Assembly: GCF_009914755.1 (NCBI RefSeq)
Contig: NC_060936.1
DNA: 64,000 nt
Reading direction: 5' to 3' (one strand)
From: the human T2T-CHM13v2.0 reference genome, Homo sapiens
Part shown: positions 53,052 to 64,000 of the stretch, piece by piece
How the letters are laid out: the number at the start of each line of letters is the position of its first letter
How positions within the stretch are numbered: position 1 is the stretch's first letter
The notes under the pieces: generated by a model
Database searches by the model: none
What the model saw: only the letters and a program-made list of their open reading frames with translations
What the model was told of the DNA's origin: nothing
Translations under genes and position numbers: made by a program

Positions 53052-54928
53052 TAATAATCAATGTAAAAAGAATATTTATTAAGTGTTAAATCCTCCCTAC
53101 CCCTTCATCTTTCTTTAAAAAGTCATAGTGTCTAGCATCTATTGAACTACATAAGATCTAGTTTTACTTACTATGTCCCTAAATCTGTTACAAATTTGTA
53201 TTGGAATAGTCAAATTTTGAATGATTTTATTAATGACACCTTTATAAAACATTTAGACCAGAAGGAAATCTATTTCAGTTCAATACAAAGAATGTTTGAA
53301 CAGTCAAGAGCTCTTTGGAGATGGGAATGGTGGCCTTGAAAGGTAGAAGGGATTGATGGATTGATGTTCCCCTGGGGGAGAAGTGTCCCTCTTAAATAAG
53401 ATACTGAGGGAAATTGCCCGTGCCTAGTTGTTCTTGTTATGTGGGATGCTAAGAATCTTACAGTCTACGAGAATTGCAGACTTGAGAGTAATTCCACGAT
53501 GGATCTAACTGAAGCAATGCGGGTTTTGAATACCAAAGTGTGAAAGTTTATTTGTGAATAGGTTTGAGGAAGGGAAAGTAGGTTTTTATAGCCTCGAAAA
53601 TGACTTTGGTGACAAGTTAGCATTTCATTTTCTTTTGCTCCAATAGATTTTCTGTATCTTTTTGAAGGCTTTTACTTGTAAAAACTTTTTAAAATACATG
53701 TGAGTGTCTCCAAACTAAATATTTTTAACAGTCTCGTTTTTTCTCAAGTATAAAAAAAGTTGATTAGAATGTGAATTTGAGAGCATGACTTCTTCATCTA
53801 GCCTTTGTCATTCTTGTGTCATATTTTATAAATTCTTGTGAATAGTAAATTCTGCAAATACTGCCCAGATTTAGTTCAATTCCACTTAATAAACAATTTA
53901 TTAGCTATGAGGTAGGTACAGTAATCATGTTAGCATAAGACCCAGTTTTATAATTAAGGATTTTGCATCCAGAGAGATAAAAAGTAGGTATGAAGAACCA
54001 AATGGCTTACTTTTTCTTCCCTTCTATTTCTCCATCAAATTCCCTTTCCTCTTCTCCCTCTCCACTTCCCGCTCCATGCACTGGGGAACTGAATGAGTAA
54101 ATGCAGACTAGGGTGCCAAGGCTGGTTTGGGAGCAGTTTAGCTTGCAAATATGTTCTGATGCTGGAGGAGTCAGTGGCTTAGAGGAGAACCAGACCCGAG
54201 GGAAGCCTGCAAAATTCCTTTAGGCCAGAGAATAGGTTCAATTCATCCATCTACTGCCAGTGCCCAGCAAGTACCCAGCACCAACCCTATTGATTTAAGC
54301 CATAAATGGGCAGGACTTATCTCACTATCACTCTCCCACCTACTTTTCAAGAACCTTTCTTTTTCTCCTTTCTTTGGTGTAATCCCCACTATCATGCTTC
54401 TCAGGTAGTCTGTATTCTCTGATGGCCTTAAGCTAACCCAAGGCCCTCCCACACCTAAGCTTGATCTCCAAAATGCACTACCTTCTTCTACTCTAAGGAG
54501 GTTATTTGGGTTATTTCTGCTCTGCAATGAAGGAGTCCCAGGTTCCTAGGAGGTGTTTGCATTTTAAAGACAAATGCATTGATCAAGTGATTATCTAGCT
54601 AGAGTGAGGTGTTGGGTGACGCTAGTGGAGAGCATAGTTCTGGGTTGGGTAATCCTTGCCTGATCTTCTCCCACATTTGCTCTGCCTTACTTTGTCAAAA
54701 TACTAAAATGTATGGAATCAGTGCTGCAGTTGCAGATCATGGACTGTGACTTTCTCCCACTTTTGCAGAGACACTGCATCTCAAGGGCTCAGAGAAGAAA
54801 GAGCTGCTACTTAGTTAGAGAGTGTGTGTTGACAGACTATCTATATCACACATATATGAAATCTAGGCTCCCAAATGTGGGGGCCTCTCAATTTTCTGGC
54901 AGCACAGTTCTAAGCACATTATTGGCAT

Positions 54929-55814
<886 letters not shown>

Positions 55815-55864
55815 GCACTTCACAGTCTTGTCCCTTATTAGCGTAGCCCACGCTTGATTCAGAG

Positions 55865-56030
55865 TCTTTAATCCTCTCCTCCACCCTGCAAAGTAAGCAT
55901 TATCCTCATTTCTAAGCTGAAGAAACTAAGGTGCAACAAAGCCTAGAAACTTGCTTCAGGCCACACAGCCCCCGAGTGAAAGAGCCAGGATTGGACTCAG
56001 GTCTGTGTTACTTAAAAGCCCACATTCGTT
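55865..56030 (-). mobile_element. MIR
   Basis: ctgaagaaactaaggtgcaac...aacttgcttcaggccacacagc...agagccaggattggactcagg. Confidence 0.8.
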
Positions 56031-56704
56031 TCATCATGAGATATTTTTATATTTGAATATATGGGGAAAGGGGAAAATTGTATTTAACAGAACTAATTTC
56101 AACTTGCTCTGGTAATTAGCAAATTATAAGGGATTATTTAAACTGAAACAAATATATGTTCATATTTGGGGAATGAGAAAGTCCCCACACAATACAAGTC
56201 ATTTTCCTTTCTTATTAATTTTTATTGTTGTTCTACTCTGGCATGAGTTAAAAATATGATGTAAACATGAATGTAGACTTTCTGAATTTAGTTTATGTAC
56301 TGCTTAGGCATTATTGATGTAGTCAAATGTTTTGTGCGGGAAGGAACAATATCTGTAACATTTTTAATAGTCATTGAACAATAGATTCTCTGAAAATGTT
56401 AACAATATGTGGCAGATGTAACCAAAAAAAATCAAATTGTTTTTAACTACATTCCTTTTTCCAAAATTTTCCAATACACCCCTCTGCAGCTCCTCTGACA
56501 TTAATTAAAAACAACTTGTTGAAGCATTTGTGATGTATTAGATAGAATTTAAGATATTTTGTTTTCAAAGGAAAAGCATAAATAGACAAAAGCCTGTGTT
56601 TGTATCTGTAAGCATTTGTACATTGCTGTGACCCAGAGTTAGCTGAAAGGGTAGAAGATATTTTACAAAATGTATACAAATGCTGTGTCTGGTTCTAGAT
56701 TCTT

Positions 56705-56705
<1 letters not shown>

Positions 56706-56748
<43 letters not shown>

Positions 56749-56749
56749 C
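56706..56749. repeat. (TG)n microsatellite
   Basis: Seen directly. Confidence 0.98.
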
Positions 56750-57256
56750 ACGCATGAGTGGGTATGAAGTGTATAAAGTTATTGGAAGAAACACGTTGCT
56801 TTTCCACGAGGAAAAATATTGCTTTAAAAATAGTTTTGATTTATATAACTTGCATATATTTACTTTAGAGAAGAAAGAGTAAATTATTAGGCCTCTGAAT
56901 GACCAGTAAATTCCATGGACAGAGATTCCTCATAATAGTGTGCTGTTTTGCTTTCTAGATAAATGTGTTAATAATTTATAATTCTCAGGCAGTTGGAGTG
57001 GTGATCCCGAGATGCTTTCAGAGAATGGAACCTTGACTCTGATATATGTCATTATCGCTAATTGAGCATTTGTGTCATTATTCAGTTTGATTTTAACATT
57101 TCTTCTCTAGAGCTCCCACAGAGCTACAAGCAGCTGACATATAGGATGGTCCATAAAAAGCTTTATAATTTCAGAATCTGGGAGGAAGTGGTGTTTTTCT
57201 AGTCAGGAAAGCTCAGAATCCAAGAAAGGGCAAGGGCTGTGCTCCCTCCTTTAGAC

Positions 57257-57667
57257 TGTGTTATTTTGCAAGGGTTGCTATAACAAAGTGCCACAGACTG
57301 GGTGGCTTAAACCACGGAAAACTTATCATCTCGTAGTTCTGAAGCTAGAAGTCAGAAATCAAATATATGTTTGAGCCAGCCGTTGGTTCCTCTGAGGGCT
57401 GTGAGGGAAGGATCTGTTCCAGGCCTCTCTCCCTGGCCGTAGATGATCATCTTTTCCCTGTGTCTCTTCACATCGTCTTCCCTTCATGCTGTCTCCAAAT
57501 TTCCCCTTCTAATAAGGACATCAGTCATATTAGATTAGAGCACACTGTAATGACCTCATCTTAATGTGATAACCTCTGTAAAGATCCAATCTCCAAATAA
57601 GGCCACATTCTGGGGTACTGGGTGGTTAGGACTCCAGGATTTGGGGGGTACAGTTTTACCCATAACA
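57257..57667 (-). mobile_element. MLT1B-like solo LTR
   Basis: ataacaaagtgccacagactgggtggcttaaa...ataaggacatcagtcatattagattag...cccataaca. Confidence 0.88.
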
Positions 57668-57810
57668 GACTCCACCATGAGCTTTGACTCAAGCATCTGC
57701 TCAGAAGAATCACAGTTATGGATTTGGAAAGGGACATGAAGCCCTCCGATGCTTGAGAATCTGGTGGCTCAAAAATCCCCCTAGGAAAAAGATCACTAAA
57801 CTTCTAATGC

Positions 57811-57916
57811 AGGGGTGACTGCATGATTTATTATCCAAATGGGTACACTTGAGAGCCAAAAAGGGCTAGCTAGAAGACATGCTGCGCCACAGGTACATCC
57901 CAGAATGGTCACCCTA
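57811..57916. mobile_element. MER94-like hAT-Blackjack MITE
   Basis: TIRs gggtgac...gtcacccta; internal atttattatccaaa...cacttgagag. Confidence 0.7.
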
Positions 57917-58059
57917 CTCTAAACAGATGTATGCCATTTTGAGAACCCTCCATTTAGAACGCCTGCATTCCCACCATTGTGTGGCCACCTCCAAGTGCCT
58001 GAGAGCCCTTGTGCAGCACGGAGCATAGTGACAGCTACAGTCCTTGTTTCTGAACATCA

Positions 58060-58250
58060 AGTGTGTGCAATTCCTCTCTGGATGTTGTCTCATTTAATCT
58101 TTGTAATATTCTGCAAGGTTAAGTCTTCTTTCCTTTTCACAGATGAGTAAAACAAGACCCAGAGAGGGTCAACAATTCAATGGAGGTCACATAGCCATTA
58201 AAAAGAAAAGCCTGGATTCCCATCCAGGTTACTTAGTTCTCAAGCCTCTC
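58060..58250 (-). mobile_element. MIR
   Basis: tctcatttaatc...cacagatgagtaaaacaagacccagagaggg. Confidence 0.75.
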
Positions 58251-58489
58251 TCTTCATCACTGTCTTTTAACATTTTGTGGAGCCATTTTGTTTTCCTCTC
58301 ACACACATTGCCCACCAGCCGCCCTGGAATGCAGAAAATTGGTGTGGAGGGACTTTTTTGAGTCTGAATTTGCAACTGCTGCAAACAAAAGATGAATGTG
58401 ATAAACATGCCTTGTGAAAGGGATGTGGGTCTTGTGTTGGTTCTATAACTACACTTGCCCAAAGCATCCCCAGTATAGAAAAGTCCTGT

Positions 58490-59021
58490 TCCCAATCCCA
58501 TTATTGTGTAAATGCCCAGAGGAATATAAATCATTCTACCATAAAAACACATGCACACGAATGTTCATTGCAGCACTCTTCACAATAGCAAAGACATGGA
58601 ATCAACCTAAATGCCTGCCAATGACATATTGAATAAAGAAAATGTGATACATACAACCATGGAATACTATGCAGCCATAAAAAGAACAAGATCATATCTT
58701 TTGTGGGGACATGGATGGAGCAGGAAGCCATTATCCTTAGTAAACTAACGCAGAAACAGAAAAACCAAATACCGCATGTTCTCACTGATAAGTGGGAGCT
58801 AAATGATGAGAACTTAGGAACACAATGAAGGAAACAATAGACAGTGGGGTCTACTTGAGGTGGGTGGGAGGAGGGAGAGGAGCAGAAAAAGTAGCTACTG
58901 GATACTGAGCTTAATACCGGGTGATGAAATAATCTGCTCAAAAAACCCCTGTGACATGTGTTTATCTATGTAACAAACCTTGCACGTACCCCCGAACCTG
59001 AAAGAAAAGTTTAAAAGAAAA
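58490..59021 (+). mobile_element. 5'-truncated primate L1 (L1PA15/16-like) 3' end
   Basis: MFIAALFTIAKTWNQPKC remnant plus 3' UTR ending cacgtacccccgaacctgaaagaaaagttt. Confidence 0.93.
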
Positions 59022-61299
59022 ATGCTGTCCTGAAACATTTTGTTAAGCTAACTTACATAGTGCCAAAGATAGTTTTTTGAAAAAAACCTGGGTGGATTGG
59101 GCACACATGCCTAGTAAAGTAACCCAGGCTTGCTGATCCTATACCTCCCACACGCCCCCTGAAGCCTTTGCCTCTGGTTATATACTTGGGGTCTTGCTGC
59201 CTTTTTCTCACAACTCACCATTTTAGAGCTGCTTATAAGTCTAAGTGCTGGTACATGATCACACATGTAGCACTTAGCAGGGGAGATAATTATGCCCTTT
59301 GACCCAGAAAAAAAGATTGAATGATTCAATTCATATTTAATCATTTTTATTTCATTCTGATGCAGAAATCCATTTTCTTCAGAATGAAATAAATGAGTCA
59401 ATCTACCTCCAGGGAAGAGTTAAGGTAAATGCAATTGCCACATAAAACCCAAATGGCTTAAGATAGTATTACGTATTTCTAAAAGTAGGCAGTTGAAGAT
59501 GGAAATGAAACTTAATAATAATATTACAAGCATGCACTGGGATTTTATTATAAGTTTATTAGGATTATAAATATGGAATTTACATGCTATATGTATATTT
59601 CAATATTATATTTTGTTAAATTAGTTCAGCAGTCATTAGCATGTTGGTGGTATGTTACTTATATTCCCTTTACATTACATACCCGACTTTTGAGACCCAC
59701 AAAATGAATTAAAAATCAGTTCTTTACCTTCACAATATATTCTAAAGCTGAGTTTATGTATATTCTCAGTGTTTTAACCACTTAGTAGGATTTTTGGCTA
59801 TAGCACCTGTAAAAAATTAAATCTGTTCTGTGATCTGTGTACTTGTGGGGGTGTGTATGTGTTTAAAATTGAGGTTTTGACATGGAAATTAAACTATAAA
59901 TGACTTAATGACCCACCTCATGATCTACAAAGAAATCAAATGACTTCCTTCTCTAAATTCCTAAATGACGCTTCCAGGGCAGTCTATCATATTCATTTAC
60001 CACAGAATCCTACGTTGTCTGTATCTGAGCTGTCATTTCCAAACACAGGCTGGAGCGAATCTCATGCCTAGAGCTCAGGAAGTCTGCCACTCTAGTGCAC
60101 TGCGAGGAGTGGATCCTGTAGTGAGTTGCCCCTCCCCCCTTCTTCCTCTGTTTTGTTTCTGTATCTCATCTCCCTCCACGTTTCCACATTTCTACCACAC
60201 TTGACACACACACACACAATTAAACAGGAGCAGGGTGGCCACCAGTTTTCCTAAAATTTCCCATTTCCAAAGCCAAGTCAAATAGGTTAGGACAGTGTAT
60301 TTTCGCTTGGTTTGGACTAACCTGCGTCTTCCTATGAATTAACGTGCATTTCAGTGAGTGTTGGAAAGAGACATACTTTTAGTAGATTCTGGTTCTGTCG
60401 ACTACGTTAATTCTTAGAATCCTATGTTAATTTCCATTTAATGTGAGCTTGTTGTTCATGGTTTTAGGGGGAAAAGTATCAAAAGGACTTAATTTGCAGT
60501 ATTTTTAAAAACACATAATGTTCTGAAGCCTCACTGTAACTCATTTTAGGGTTCAAATCGCACAAGTACACAAATACAAAGTTTTCCAGTACTTTTTGTA
60601 CCAAATGTACTTTGATGAAATTCAAGGCAGATCAATTACATAGTCACAAATTGAATTGTTATATCCACGAATGGAAGCTATGTTTACAACCATGCCACAT
60701 ACTAGTGAAAGCATGCAGGCAGTCAATAGTGACTACAGAATTTTTTCACAGCGGGGTTTGGGGTGGAAAACGAGTGTGTGGTGGAGGGAAATGGCATTTG
60801 TATGGCAAGCACATTTTTTATGTAGAATGTATGTTACAAATTAATTAAAGTAACAGCTTTCTACTTCCGGATGCTTTCCTTCACACCTTATTAACATAGA
60901 GAAATGTCAAGGGTCTATATTGGAAAATATTATTTCATTTTACTTGGGGTCATTGGGGGATTGATAGATAACATTTGTATGTGGTATTCAAGTTCCCTCC
61001 CCACATTCAAGCAACCCCTTAATGCCAAGGCTGGTAAAAGTTAAAGCAATTTAAGAAAACATGAGCCAAAAATAAAATGTTGACCATGTGAACTGGTTGG
61101 TTCACTTAGGTCTCTGATTTCCCATCCCCAGCTCTCATAGCCTGACAGATATCTAGGAGATGATGCCATTGTAGGCATAGCATAATTATGGAAAGAGGAA
61201 AAACATGTTAAGCTTTAGAAAGAGAAAAAATCATAAAGATGCATGTAGAAGACTATACTAGCAATGTGAATATAGAAATTCCTCCAGAAACTCAAGCAA

Positions 61300-62892
<1,593 letters not shown>

Positions 62893-63119
62893 CTAACCAA
62901 ATTACAAGTTGAAGAAAACATGCACCAGCATGAAGAGGAAAAGGCAGGAGAAGAAGCAGGTATTTCTGAGTCTTAGCCAGTCAGACTTGATCAAAGTTGC
63001 TGTCCCTCTCATCTCTCTCTCTCCATACATCATAACCACTAATATTCTTATCCACGAAGATCAAGCTTAAAAGGAACTAAAAACCTAGAATTTTTGTTTT
63101 TATTTTATTCTTTTTCCAA

Positions 63120-64000
63120 GAAATAGAATCTTTCTTGGAAAAACTACTGGGGACATAGGTTTTTGAAAAACACTTGAGGGTCCCATTCATTTGTACTTTT
63201 TGGTGAGATATGTATTTGACTCCCAAACACTGAAACTTTTGGTAAACTTTAATCAGCTTTTTGTTTGATGTAAGCCATTCAGGGAGTTTAATGGAAAAAG
63301 AGGTGAACATGAGGACAGGCAGAAAGAAGTATCAGGACAGACCATATTCTGCATTTATTATAGTCTTTTTTTGTTAGAAGTTTTTCTATATTTTTCAAGT
63401 AGACTGGATTTATTCTTTAAGTAGCCCTTAGATGGCTGTAAGTCACATGAAGAATATTTACTCACTTTGCTTACAGCTTTAAGATTTGCAACTAAAATGA
63501 AATCCTACTTCTACAGCTCTGTGTGTGTGTGTCTGTGTGTGTGTGTGTGTGTGTGTGTTGAAATAATGTGTTAAAGCTGAATGCCACCCACCATGATGTA
63601 CAAGAGACTCAGAAAAAAAAGGTCAGATCAAAATTCTATGAATAAATGAAATAAATTGCAAAGTGAAAGAAAACTCCCTAGCTGAAAAACAAAACAAAAC
63701 AAAATTTTTGGACAATTGCGTATTCCAGGGCAGCAGGTAATGAATTTGTCACCCTTGAAAAGATGCACCATTTAACTGATCAGGACTTCATTTCATATTC
63801 CTCATAGGAAAATATTAAATAAAAGTAGTTTTATTCTTCTGAGGCATTTTGTCTCTATAGTTATAACATTTCACAATGTAACTAAACACCTGGCTAATTC
63901 AAGAGTCCAGAAATTAGCATACTTCAGTAGTCAAGAGAGGTAAAACTGTTGTCGAAATAGAATCTTTCTTGGAAAAACTACTGGGGACATAGGTTTTTGA
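63120..64000 (+). repeat. Direct repeat with 834-bp spacing (probable tandem duplication running off the right edge)
   Basis: 63120-63166 and 63954-64000 are identical over all 47 available bases. Confidence 0.85.
63520..63558. repeat. (TG)n microsatellite
   Basis: Seen directly. Confidence 0.97.

Overview
Repeat-rich, AT-rich, CpG-poor primate genomic DNA (AluY plus THE1A/THE1B point to a catarrhine, most likely human), intronic or intergenic in character. I find no supportable protein-coding exon, RNA gene, CpG island or CRISPR array, and I cannot name the locus. Most longer ORFs in the track lie within repeats or use non-ATG starts. Contents: a full-length THE1A MaLR provirus, solo MaLR/ERV LTRs (THE1B, MLT1A, MLT1A0, MLT1B, MLT1G, MER34), ten Alu-family copies, L1/HAL1/L2/L3/MIR relics, hAT MITEs (MER5A, MER94) and microsatellites. 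The most unusual sequence-level observations are: an apparently very recent 834-bp tandem duplication starting at the right edge, a young 5x39-bp E-box-rich VNTR beside a bHLH motif cluster, a twin-hairpin element followed by a decayed A-rich array (10.8-11.2 kb), a templated-insertion-like mosaic (18.25 kb), and a few unique, motif-dense candidate regulatory islands. No novel multi-gene system is evident. Repeat subfamily calls are from recalled consensus sequences, not from a database run, and relic boundaries are approximate.
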